Positions 1-8,843 of a DNA stretch of 64,000 nt are shown piece after piece (the stretch's first letter is position 1; every line of letters begins with the position of its first letter). The stretch lies in the NCBI GenBank assembly GCA_934101865.1, contig CAKOSA010000001.1, positions 22,235 through 86,234 on the forward strand, given 5' to 3'. The notes beneath the pieces were generated by a model. It did no database searches, was not told where the DNA came from, and saw only the letters and a list, made by a program, of their open reading frames with translations. The stretch comes from an uncultured Bacilli bacterium (GTDB lineage Bacteria > Bacillota_I > Bacilli_A > RF39 > UBA660). The translations under genes and the position numbers were made by a program.

Positions 1-210
1 ACATACCCATAACAATAGTGCGTAGCTCCCTTAAATTCCTCTCTAACCTCGCTAATTCTCTTATAAACATCATCCCCATTCCAAACCCGATAACCAAATC
101 CAATAAATTTAGAACCCCTAATACAAATCTCATAAGAACTATCACATTTAATACATTTCATAAATATCACCACTCACATTATATACCAAATCCCCAAAAA
201 ATAAAAGCAT

Positions 211-239
211 TTTACATTTCCTGCAAATTAATGTATAAT
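211..239 (+). promoter_or_regulatory. Putative sigma-A promoter for obg: TTTACA - 17 nt - TATAAT
   Basis: TTTACA at 211-216 and TATAAT at 234-239 with a 17-nt spacer, about 30 nt upstream of the obg ATG. Read directly from the sequence. Confidence 0.4.
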
Positions 240-270
240 ATATGTAGCAATCAAAAACGCGAGAAGAAAG

Positions 271-1548
271 GTGATACAAATGTTTATAGATGAAGTACAA
301 ATCGAAGTCGAAGCCGGCCGTGGTGGCGATGGCTGTATGGCTTTTAGACGAGAAAAATATATATCAATGGGAGGGCCCTACGGGGGTAGCGGAGGTAGAG
401 GAGCCGACATAATCTTCAAAGCCGACGAAGGACTAAAAACCCTCATCGATTTAAGGTATCAAAAAAAGATAAAAGGTGAAGCCGGAGAGGCAGGCCAAGG
501 AAAAAATAAAAATGGAAAATATGCCACAAATAAAGTTATCAAAGTCCCACTCGGAACAACCGTTAAAGATGAAGAAGGGAACGTATTAGCCGACCTTACT
601 CACAACAACGAAGAAGTAACCGTTGCTTATGGCGGACGAGGCGGAAGAGGAAATGTAAGCCTCGCTACCAAAGCCAATCCCTGTCCATCATTTTGTGAAA
701 GAGGCGAACCAGGGGAAACCAGAACCATAAAAGTCGAACTAAGAATGCTCGCTGATGTCGGATTAGTCGGCCTACCAAGCGTTGGCAAAAGCACAATCCT
801 TTCCAAAATAACTAACGCCAATCCCAAAATTGCCTCATATCATTTCACAACCCTCTCTCCAAATTTAGGTGTAGTGAAAGTATATGACGATAGTTTCGTT
901 TTAGCTGACCTCCCAGGTTTAATAGAAGGAGCAAGTAACGGAGCTGGGTTAGGCCACAAATTCCTAAAACACGTCGAAAGAACCAAAATAATAGCTCACG
1001 TTATAGATATAAGTGCATCGGAAGGAAGAGACCCCTATGAAGACTACCAAACAATAAGGAAAGAGCTAGAAAACTTTTCCCCAAAACTAGCCAATAAAAA
1101 AGAAATAATCATAGCCTCAAAAATGGATTTACCAAATTCTAAGGAAAATCTAGATGGCCTCAAAGCCAAACTACCCGATAAAGAAATATTTGCCATCTCA
1201 TCATTAACCGGAGAAAACCTAGATAGACTCATAAAAAAACTAAATGAACTAGTAAAAGAAGTTAAAGATGAACCCCTTTACGAAGAAGAAAAAGTCCTAA
1301 AACACGTACTCTACAAATTCAAAGAAGAAAAACCGTTCACTATTGATAAAGACGGAAATACCTATATAATAAAGGGGGATAAAGTCGAAAAAATATTCAA
1401 AATGATAAACTTCAATACCGAAGAAGCCATACCAAGATTTTCAAAAAGATTAAGAACCCTAGGCATAGAAGATGCCCTCGAAGAAATGGGAATAAAAGAA
1501 GGAGACATCGTAAGAGTTCTAGATTACGAGTTTGAATATACAAAATAA
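271..1548 (+). CDS. obg: GTPase Obg (ObgE/CgtA)
   Basis: Glycine-rich N-terminal Obg fold (GGDGCMAFRREKY...GGPYGGSGGRGADIIF), G1 motif GLVGLPSVGKST, DLPG switch and a C-terminal OCT/TGS-like tail. Confidence 0.95.
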   Translation: MIQMFIDEVQIEVEAGRGGDGCMAFRREKYISMGGPYGGSGGRGADIIFKADEGLKTLIDLRYQKKIKGEAGEAGQGKNKNGKYATNKVIKVPLGTTVKDEEGNVLADLTHNNEEVTVAYGGRGGRGNVSLATKANPCPSFCERGEPGETRTIKVELRMLADVGLVGLPSVGKSTILSKITNANPKIASYHFTTLSPNLGVVKVYDDSFVLADLPGLIEGASNGAGLGHKFLKHVERTKIIAHVIDISASEGRDPYEDYQTIRKELENFSPKLANKKEIIIASKMDLPNSKENLDGLKAKLPDKEIFAISSLTGENLDRLIKKLNELVKEVKDEPLYEEEKVLKHVLYKFKEEKPFTIDKDGNTYIIKGDKVEKIFKMINFNTEEAIPRFSKRLRTLGIEDALEEMGIKEGDIVRVLDYEFEYTK

Positions 1549-2756
1549 TGAAAATAGAAAAATTAAACCATAACGGTTTTGGTATCGGCTATATAGACGG
1601 TAAAGTAACTTTTGTAAAAAATACCCTAATAGGTGATGAAGTAGAAGTATTAATTACCAAAGAACATAAAACATATAATGAAGCAAAAGTAACAAAATAC
1701 TTAACCAAATCCCCATTACATAAAGTACCCATCTGTCCTTATGCAGATAAATGTGGTGGATGTACTTATCAAATGATGTCTTATGAAGAAGAATTATCCC
1801 AAAAACAAAAAGTAGTAGAGGAGCTATTAGGAAAAAAAGCCCAAATCATAAAATGCGATAACTATAATTACCGCAATAAAATAACCCTTAAAGTAAAGAA
1901 TGGTAAAATAGGCTTCTTTGCCGAAGGCACCCATAATCTAGTCAGTATAGATAAATGCTATTTATGTACAGAAAAAATAAATAAAATAATCAACGAGTTA
2001 CTAACTATCGACCTCTCTAACATCTATGAAATAACCATTAGAGAAGGCGAAGAAACCATAGTAATACTATATAATACAGGACCAACAAACGTAGATATAT
2101 CCCATTTAAAAAATGCCGATAATATCCTCTTGAAAGATGAAGATTATCACGTATTAAAAGGCAAATCATCCATAACCACTAACATTGGTAAGTACAAATA
2201 CATAATAGAAAAAGACAGTTTCTTTCAAGTCAACAAATACTTAACTCAAAAGCTCTACGATAAAGCTCTCGAATACCTCCATCCCCGTGATGACGATGTT
2301 CTTCTTGACCTCTATTGTGGAGCCGGAACCATTGGCATATACTTCGCATCCAGTGTAGAAAGAGTAATCGGTATTGAACTAAATGAATATTCCGTTGCCT
2401 CAGCTAATAAAAATAAAAATCTAAACAATATTCCCAATATAAATTTTATAAATGCAGATGTAGCCAAGGCCATAAATAAAGTGAAAATGGCCACCAAAGT
2501 AGTGGTCGACCCCCCACGTAAAGGCCTCGATAAAAACACCATAAACAACATTAAAAGACTGTACCCCGCCCGCATAATTTACATCTCCTGCAACGTGCAT
2601 ACCCTCGCCCGCGATATTAAACTGTTGGAAGATTTTTATACTTTGGAAAGTTACACTATCGTGGATATGTTTAAAGGTACATATCACACTGAGATTGTTT
2701 CTGTATTACAAAGAAAAGAAGAAGCGGAATTAATATGGAAAACAAATACAATCTAA
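1548..2756 (+). CDS. 23S rRNA (uracil-C5)-methyltransferase, RumA/RlmD family, with TRAM domain and a 4-Cys cluster
   Basis: N-terminal TRAM-like domain, Cys cluster (CPYADKCGGCTYQ), and a SAM-dependent methyltransferase fold (DLYCGAGTIG, PPRKG). The start overlaps the obg stop by 1 nt. Confidence 0.85.
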   Translation: MKIEKLNHNGFGIGYIDGKVTFVKNTLIGDEVEVLITKEHKTYNEAKVTKYLTKSPLHKVPICPYADKCGGCTYQMMSYEEELSQKQKVVEELLGKKAQIIKCDNYNYRNKITLKVKNGKIGFFAEGTHNLVSIDKCYLCTEKINKIINELLTIDLSNIYEITIREGEETIVILYNTGPTNVDISHLKNADNILLKDEDYHVLKGKSSITTNIGKYKYIIEKDSFFQVNKYLTQKLYDKALEYLHPRDDDVLLDLYCGAGTIGIYFASSVERVIGIELNEYSVASANKNKNLNNIPNINFINADVAKAINKVKMATKVVVDPPRKGLDKNTINNIKRLYPARIIYISCNVHTLARDIKLLEDFYTLESYTIVDMFKGTYHTEIVSVLQRKEEAELIWKTNTI

Positions 2757-3400
2757 CAAGAGAGCAAAATGTTTTTGTAGCCAAGAGAAACATTGTTGAC
2801 TATATATGGAAAAGTGCAAACCTAGAAGGAATTGCTGTTACCTATCCCGAGACGCAGGCCATTTACGATGGTGGCATAGTAAACGGATTAACAGTAGATA
2901 AAATAATAACCATAAATAATCTAAAATATGCGTGGGAGTTTATTTTAGAAAACAAAGACATAGAATACGATTATAAAGCATTATGTCAAATTCATAAACT
3001 AACCTGTGATAAATTAGTCCTAGACCAAAACTTGGGAAGAATAAGAACTACCCCCGTAAATATAGGTGGAACAACTTGGAAACCCCCATTTCCCATAGAA
3101 AGTCAAATAAAAGAAGAGCTAGAAACATTAATAAATGAAGAAACCAAAACTAAAACCGAAATAGCTCTTGATGTAATGTTGTGGATAATGCGAAGGCAAA
3201 TGTTCAAGGGTGGTAATAAAAGAGTGGCAATGCTCTTTGCTAATAAAATAATGATAGATAATGGCTGTGGCATAATAACCATATCACAAGATAATCAAAG
3301 CACTTTTTTTGAAAAATTAATCAAATACTATGAAACAGGTGACAACCAAGATATAAAAAACTGGCTCTATGAAACCAGTATCGACGGAATGAACCTATAA
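2735..3400 (+). CDS. Fic/Doc-family protein with a degenerate Doc-type motif (QMFKGGNKR) lacking the catalytic His
   Basis: Fic-fold-like sequence with MFKGGNKRVAML where Fic/Doc proteins carry HxFx(D/N)(A/G)NKR. The His position is Gln. Overlaps the end of the methyltransferase gene by 22 nt. Confidence 0.55.
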   Translation: MENKYNLTREQNVFVAKRNIVDYIWKSANLEGIAVTYPETQAIYDGGIVNGLTVDKIITINNLKYAWEFILENKDIEYDYKALCQIHKLTCDKLVLDQNLGRIRTTPVNIGGTTWKPPFPIESQIKEELETLINEETKTKTEIALDVMLWIMRRQMFKGGNKRVAMLFANKIMIDNGCGIITISQDNQSTFFEKLIKYYETGDNQDIKNWLYETSIDGMNL

Positions 3401-3427
3401 CACAAAAGAATAAAAAGGGAGAAAAAT

Positions 3428-3913
3428 ATGGAATTTAAATTAGCAAGCAAAAATATGCTTAACGACATATATAACTTATATGTAAAAAGAATAGAGTGGA
3501 TGGAGCAAACCGGCATTAAAGCGTGGAACGTCCGTAATTACCTAGAAACCTATCCAAGGGAGTACTTCTCAAAACAAATTGACAAAGGAAGACTGTACGT
3601 CCTTACCAATAACAATAAGGTAATCGGCTCTCTCGTCCTCCTCGAAACAGACCCAAGATGGGGCGACAATAAAGGCAAGGAGTACTACGTTCATAATCTG
3701 GTTTCCGATATCAATTATAAAGGCCTCGGTCCCCAGCTTCTGGATGCAGTCCAAAACCTCGCCAAGGAAAATGGCAAGACCAAAGTAAGACTAGACTGTG
3801 CAATCGACAACACCAAACTAAATAAATACTATGAAAAATTAGGTTTTATGTATGTCGGCAAATGCAAAGATGGTCTATATCAAGGAATAAAAAGAGAAAA
3901 AAATATAAATTAG
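3428..3913 (+). CDS. GNAT-family N-acetyltransferase
   Basis: 161 aa with an acetyl-CoA-binding-like segment (NLVSDINYKGLGPQLLD) and the typical GNAT size. Confidence 0.65.
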   Translation: MEFKLASKNMLNDIYNLYVKRIEWMEQTGIKAWNVRNYLETYPREYFSKQIDKGRLYVLTNNNKVIGSLVLLETDPRWGDNKGKEYYVHNLVSDINYKGLGPQLLDAVQNLAKENGKTKVRLDCAIDNTKLNKYYEKLGFMYVGKCKDGLYQGIKREKNIN

Positions 3914-3926
3914 TAAAGGAAATAAT

Positions 3927-4412
3927 ATGACCAAAGAAGAACTATTTAACTATCTAAAAGAACAAAAAATATGGTACGAATTAACCAAACACCAACCTGC
4001 TCATACAATGGAAGATTTATTAGGGGAGCATTTGCCTTACCCTACGGGCTGTGCTAAAAATATCTTCGTTCGTGATGACAAGAAGAAAAACTACTACCTA
4101 ATAACCATTAAAGGCAATAAAAAAGTAAATCTAAAAAAATTCAAGGAAGAAAACAATACCCGTCATCTCAGTTTTTCTTCACCCCAAGACCTATTTACTA
4201 TTCTAAAACTCCATTCTGGAGAAGTAACTCCATTAGGAATTCTTAACGATAAAGACAAAAAAGTAATCTTCTACTTAGATAACGATTTCAAAGAAGAAGA
4301 TATCATCGGAGTACATCCCTTTACAAATACCGAAACGTTGTGGCTAAAAGTAAAAGATTTACTGACTATAATAAAAACGCACGGTAATGAAACCAACCTT
4401 ACCAAAATATAG
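3927..4412 (+). CDS. YbaK/ProX-like aminoacyl-tRNA deacylase domain protein
   Basis: 161 aa with the YbaK/ProX-type conserved GxxKNxF block and a TPLG motif. Confidence 0.65.
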   Translation: MTKEELFNYLKEQKIWYELTKHQPAHTMEDLLGEHLPYPTGCAKNIFVRDDKKKNYYLITIKGNKKVNLKKFKEENNTRHLSFSSPQDLFTILKLHSGEVTPLGILNDKDKKVIFYLDNDFKEEDIIGVHPFTNTETLWLKVKDLLTIIKTHGNETNLTKI

Positions 4413-4426
4413 AAAGGAAGTGTAGT

Positions 4427-5191
4427 ATGAAAATACTCCTCAAAATAATATTAACCCTTTCCCTCATAACCCTAACCATAAGCATAATAACCCAAAACGT
4501 CGTCGTCACAACCCTCTCAAACGATATTGTTGCCAAGAAAATAACAGGCCTTGTCCTTGATAAAACCATAAACGATATCGATACCGATAAATTAGGATTA
4601 TTAGAACAAGCTCTTGTAAAAAGCGGTTATATAGAGAAAATAACCCAAAAATATATAGATAATGAAATAAACAATATCATAAATAATACCAATAATAAAA
4701 TCGATACAACTAACGATATAAATAATATGCTCGACGAGTATCTAACCGGTCTCGTCCCTAGCCAATCCTTAGAAGAAATAAAAGAATATGTAAACGAAAA
4801 AGCACTTACCATTAGAGACAATATTCAGTCGGCAAGTGACAATATGTTTAGTGAAAAGTATAAACCAGTTTTGCAAATTTATCGCACTCTAACTAGCAGT
4901 TTTTTAAAAACTGTAACCATAATATTGTCAATTTTAAGTGCATTTATACTAGTGATTTTAGAGAAAAAGAAAGTCGTAAAAACCTTCGCCCACATAAGTC
5001 TCATAATATCCCTCGTATCCCTAATAATGTACATAACCATATCCCTAGCATCTAACTACATAGACCAAAATATAATGGGAGGCCTCCTAAGCGAAATCAA
5101 CCTCAGCTTGCCCCTAACCCTCTTCATCACCCTCCTAATAGTATCAATAATCCTCATAGTCTTAAACAAAACCGCCCTAAAAGAGAATTAA
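4427..5191 (+). CDS. Hypothetical membrane protein
   Basis: N-terminal hydrophobic helix, Asn-rich linker and two or three C-terminal TM helices. No recognisable domain. Confidence 0.45.
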   Translation: MKILLKIILTLSLITLTISIITQNVVVTTLSNDIVAKKITGLVLDKTINDIDTDKLGLLEQALVKSGYIEKITQKYIDNEINNIINNTNNKIDTTNDINNMLDEYLTGLVPSQSLEEIKEYVNEKALTIRDNIQSASDNMFSEKYKPVLQIYRTLTSSFLKTVTIILSILSAFILVILEKKKVVKTFAHISLIISLVSLIMYITISLASNYIDQNIMGGLLSEINLSLPLTLFITLLIVSIILIVLNKTALKEN

Positions 5192-5252
5192 CTCTCTTTT
5201 TTTCTTCCCAAAATCCCCAAATTATGATAGAATATAGGCTAAGAGGTGAAGT

Positions 5253-6269
5253 ATGGAATTAATAGATTTTACAAATAACATTTCCAAAGCCAAATTACAG
5301 GAAATAAATGACTATCTCCAAGCCGGCCAACTCATAATATTTCCCACTGAAACCGTTTATGGGTTAGGTGCTATCGCAACTGATGACAAAGCCGTAAGTA
5401 ATATATATAAAGCCAAAGGTAGGAAAAGCGATAACCCCCTCATAGTCCATTTATCTAGTGCAGATGAAATAGAAAAATATGCCCATATAGAAAATGAAGT
5501 AGAAAGAAAACTAATAAGTACATTTATGCCAGGACCATTTACAATAATATTAAAAAAGAAAGAAAATATTCCTAGCACCGTATCGGGAGGCCTAGATACA
5601 GTAGGAATAAGAGTACCATCCAATAAAATAGCCCACTCAATCCTATCATATAAAAATATCCCCATCGCTGCCCCCTCGGCAAATATATCCGGTAGACCCT
5701 CCGGAACCAATATCGAAGACATATATAACGAATTTAAAGATAAAGTCTCCTGTATCATAAACGGTGGAAACAGTCAGATAGGACTAGAATCCACCGTCGT
5801 AAGAGTAGTCGATAATATCCCCATCATCCTAAGACCAGGCTATATAACCAAGGAAGATATCCTAAATATTATAGGCAGTGTCAAAGTAGATGACAATATC
5901 TTTAAAAAAGATGTTGGTACCCCCCTCTCCCCAGGTATGAAATATAAACACTATGCCCCAAACAGTCCCAGCACCCTTATATATATAAAAGATAAAGAAG
6001 CCAAAATAAACTATTTCAAGGAAAATACTACGGAAAATACCATTATAATAGGAAGTAAAGATTTAGAGAACATCTCTTGTAAAAAATACCTCAATTATGG
6101 TAACACTCCCCTAGAAATATCCCATAATATCTTTACCCTTTTAAGAAAGGCCGATACCTACTTTCCCGATAAAATTCTCATCGAAGGAGTATCCCAAGAC
6201 GGTTTAGGCCTTGCCATAATGAATAGATTAATAAGAGCTTGTAGTCATAACTACATTGAAAGGAAATAA
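5253..6269 (+). CDS. tsaC: L-threonylcarbamoyladenylate synthase (Sua5/YwlC/TsaC, long form)
   Basis: YrdC-domain motifs (PTETVYGLGA, KGRKSDNPLIVH, RVPS...PSANISGRPS) plus a C-terminal Sua5 domain. 338 aa. Confidence 0.9.
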   Translation: MELIDFTNNISKAKLQEINDYLQAGQLIIFPTETVYGLGAIATDDKAVSNIYKAKGRKSDNPLIVHLSSADEIEKYAHIENEVERKLISTFMPGPFTIILKKKENIPSTVSGGLDTVGIRVPSNKIAHSILSYKNIPIAAPSANISGRPSGTNIEDIYNEFKDKVSCIINGGNSQIGLESTVVRVVDNIPIILRPGYITKEDILNIIGSVKVDDNIFKKDVGTPLSPGMKYKHYAPNSPSTLIYIKDKEAKINYFKENTTENTIIIGSKDLENISCKKYLNYGNTPLEISHNIFTLLRKADTYFPDKILIEGVSQDGLGLAIMNRLIRACSHNYIERK

Positions 6270-6271
6270 TT

Positions 6272-6814
6272 ATGAATAGACAGTACATAAGAATAAATGA
6301 AAAAGAAATATTAGTAACCAATGAAAACGGAAAAATAACCCGAAGAAACTATGAAGAAGGCATAGACAAAAAACTAGATAACGAAAATAAAGAAGAAATC
6401 ATAAATGCCTTTGCCCACGAGCTAACAAACGATAAAGAAAACATTACATCATTTACGGAGGAAATAAAAACCGCCCGTAAAATAGTAATGATAGTTCTAG
6501 CCCTCCTTGCCGGAACCCTCGCTACCCTAAATATAAACGGAGTAATATTAAATCCCATAAGCACGGTAATAGCCCTCCTTGCTATACCACCAGTAACCAC
6601 CATATTTACCAGTATAAATAAAAAATACATAAACAATATCGATAGTGCCTTAGAATGCCTAGAAAACCTAAGACAAGAAATAGATAAGGAAAAAACCATT
6701 ACCAAAAGTGAAAAAGGTATCATAAGTCTTGATATAGAAGAGTATGTCGACAAAGTCGAAGATGCCCTAATGGAAAACAAAAACAAGCCCAAAACCAAGG
6801 TTCGCAAGAAATAA
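6272..6814 (+). CDS. Hypothetical membrane protein (2 TM)
   Basis: ORF with two central hydrophobic helices. No known motif. This is the first gene of a probable accessory stretch. Confidence 0.4.
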   Translation: MNRQYIRINEKEILVTNENGKITRRNYEEGIDKKLDNENKEEIINAFAHELTNDKENITSFTEEIKTARKIVMIVLALLAGTLATLNINGVILNPISTVIALLAIPPVTTIFTSINKKYINNIDSALECLENLRQEIDKEKTITKSEKGIISLDIEEYVDKVEDALMENKNKPKTKVRKK

Positions 6815-6864
6815 ACCTTTACAAACCCCTATATTTTATGTATAATTAGAGTGGAGGAAAAATT

Positions 6865-7377
6865 ATGGGAAGAGAACAAAGACGAAAATATGCTAAAAAA
6901 TACGGTAAACAGCCTGAGCCCGCCGTTGTTACCGACGATAAAAGTTTCAAAAAATATATCAAAATAGTAGTAGTAGTTCTGCTCGTTGTAGGTGTTTTCT
7001 ATTTGCTGTCAGCTACGCTAATCACTAAGGAGCTTGGCACTACAAAGAAAGAGAGCAATACCGAAACCAAGGTTGATAATACAATCCTTGCTAAAAACAG
7101 TCTAAGACAAACCGACGAAACATACTATGTATACTACTATGACTTTAATAACAAACTAACCGATATTGAAAACAATATAAGCAAACTAGAAAATAAAGTA
7201 TATAGAGTAAATACATCTGATGCCCTAAACTCAAACTTCGTAAGCGAGGAAAGCAACCCTAACGCTAAAAATTTAGAAGAAATAAAAGTAAAAGCCCCAA
7301 CCCTAATAAAAGTAGAAAACGGAACTATATTAGAATACTACGAAACCGAAGATAATATACTATTATATCTAAACTAG
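6865..7377 (+). CDS. Hypothetical N-terminally anchored extracytoplasmic protein
   Basis: Basic N-terminus, a single TM helix (IVVVVLLVVGVFYLL) and a hydrophilic remainder. AGGA RBS upstream. Confidence 0.4.
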   Translation: MGREQRRKYAKKYGKQPEPAVVTDDKSFKKYIKIVVVVLLVVGVFYLLSATLITKELGTTKKESNTETKVDNTILAKNSLRQTDETYYVYYYDFNNKLTDIENNISKLENKVYRVNTSDALNSNFVSEESNPNAKNLEEIKVKAPTLIKVENGTILEYYETEDNILLYLN

Positions 7378-7399
7378 TAAAGAAAAGGAGGCACAACGT

Positions 7400-7993
7400 A
7401 TGAATTTATATATAGATTGTGACGGAGTAATACTAAATACCATAATAATATCATATCGCAAATTACGTAAGTTAGGCTACCTAGATGAAAACTATAAACA
7501 AATAAAAGAATATGCTGACGAAATAAGAGGCTACTATGCAACCATCGATTGGAGCGAACTATTAAAAGAAGCTGACGAAATAAATAATAGCATAAGTGCC
7601 ATAAGAAAAATAGTAGATAGCGGTAAATTTCAAAATGTCCAAATACTAACCCATATCAATTCAGCAGGGGAGGGTGTAGTAAAAAAAGAATATTTTGAAA
7701 AACTATTACCCGATGTTCCCGTAAGACTAGTAGCTAAGCACGTCTCTAAGGCTGATGCTGTTGACCCAACCAACTCTATTCTAATTGATGACCACTCTCC
7801 CAACTTAGTAGACTTCGAAGAAAAAGGCGGTCTTGGAATAAAGTTTGACGAAGATAAAACCGAAGATTATAGGTCTCATATTCAAAATGGCAAAACTTAT
7901 GAATTTCTAACTATTAACAATTTAGAAGATATTTTAAACATTAACTTTGAACTAAATAAACCTAGTGTTAAAGTAAAACAGAAAACCTTTTAG
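7400..7993 (+). CDS. HAD-superfamily 5'(3')-deoxyribonucleotidase-like protein (NT5C/YorS family)
   Basis: N-terminal DxDGV motif (LYIDCDGVILNT), about 197 aa, with a downstream Asp-rich motif (ILIDDH). RBS AAGGAGG. Confidence 0.55.
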   Translation: MNLYIDCDGVILNTIIISYRKLRKLGYLDENYKQIKEYADEIRGYYATIDWSELLKEADEINNSISAIRKIVDSGKFQNVQILTHINSAGEGVVKKEYFEKLLPDVPVRLVAKHVSKADAVDPTNSILIDDHSPNLVDFEEKGGLGIKFDEDKTEDYRSHIQNGKTYEFLTINNLEDILNINFELNKPSVKVKQKTF

Positions 7994-8006
7994 GAGGTTT
8001 TTTATT
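7982..8006 (+). terminator. Hairpin plus T-run after the nucleotidase gene; the loop contains the AGGAGG RBS of the downstream fic gene
   Basis: AAAACC-TTTTAGGA-GGTTTT followed by TTATTT. Stem 6 bp. Read directly. Confidence 0.4.
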
Positions 8007-8010
8007 TGAA

Positions 8011-8730
8011 ATGAAGGTGAATATTATTAATGTATACAAAGAATTAATAAAAAAAGAAAATATATACAACTATACAAATATAACTATTTCTTATAATTCC
8101 AGTAAAATAGAAAATAGTTCTCTTTCTCTTGACGAAACCAAAGAAATATATTACACTCCTTTTCTAACCACTACTACTAATAAAGTAATTAACCTAGATG
8201 ACCTTATCGAAATGAAAAATCATTTCAAACTATTTGATTATTGCCTAAGCATAGTAGATGCCCCTCTAACCAAAGAAATAATAATAGAGATGAATAAAAT
8301 ACTAAAAAGAAATACAAGTGATGAAGACAATCCCCGTTACAACGTCGGTGGCTTTAAAACCATTCCCAATGTAATAGGAATAATAAATGTCATTCACACA
8401 TCATCTCCCGAAGACGTTGAAAAAGACCTAGATAACTTACTAAAAAGTTATCATAATAAACAAACAATAACCCTTGAAGACATAATATATTTTCACTACA
8501 ATTTTGAAAAAATACATCCCTTTGGTTATGGAAATGGCCGTGTAGGCCGTATGATAATGTTTAAAGAATGCCTAAAAAACAATATAATGCCCTTTATCGT
8601 CCTAGATAAAGACAAACCTTATTATATGAGAGGACTAAAAAATTATAATGAAGATAAAATGTTCCTCATAGATACCATAAAATATGAACAAGACCTATAC
8701 AAAAAAATAGTAACAGAAATGATAAACTAA
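8011..8730 (+). CDS. Fic-family protein (putative AMPylase/adenylyltransferase)
   Basis: Fic motif HPFGYGNGRVGR matches HPFx[D/E]GNGRxxR except that the acidic position is Tyr. Confidence 0.8.
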   Translation: MKVNIINVYKELIKKENIYNYTNITISYNSSKIENSSLSLDETKEIYYTPFLTTTTNKVINLDDLIEMKNHFKLFDYCLSIVDAPLTKEIIIEMNKILKRNTSDEDNPRYNVGGFKTIPNVIGIINVIHTSSPEDVEKDLDNLLKSYHNKQTITLEDIIYFHYNFEKIHPFGYGNGRVGRMIMFKECLKNNIMPFIVLDKDKPYYMRGLKNYNEDKMFLIDTIKYEQDLYKKIVTEMIN

Positions 8731-8742
8731 ATAAATAACCAT

Positions 8743-8786
8743 AATATTAGTTACTTAGTATCTTCTAAATAACTAATATTTTTTTA
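8743..8786 (+). terminator. Rho-independent terminator after fic
   Basis: 16-bp inverted repeat AATATTAGTTACTTAG / CTAAATAACTAATATT with one mismatch and a 7-nt loop, followed by TTTTTTT. Confidence 0.6.
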
Positions 8787-8843
8787 AATTTTAGGTTTAC
8801 ATTTCTACTTTTATATGCTAAAATATAAACAAAGGAGGAAACT

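Noticed and set aside
18-293. ORF-track ORF of 91 aa upstream of obg
   Set aside because: It lies in a G-depleted low-complexity region, has no RBS, and its end overlaps the obg start and promoter. It is probably not coding.
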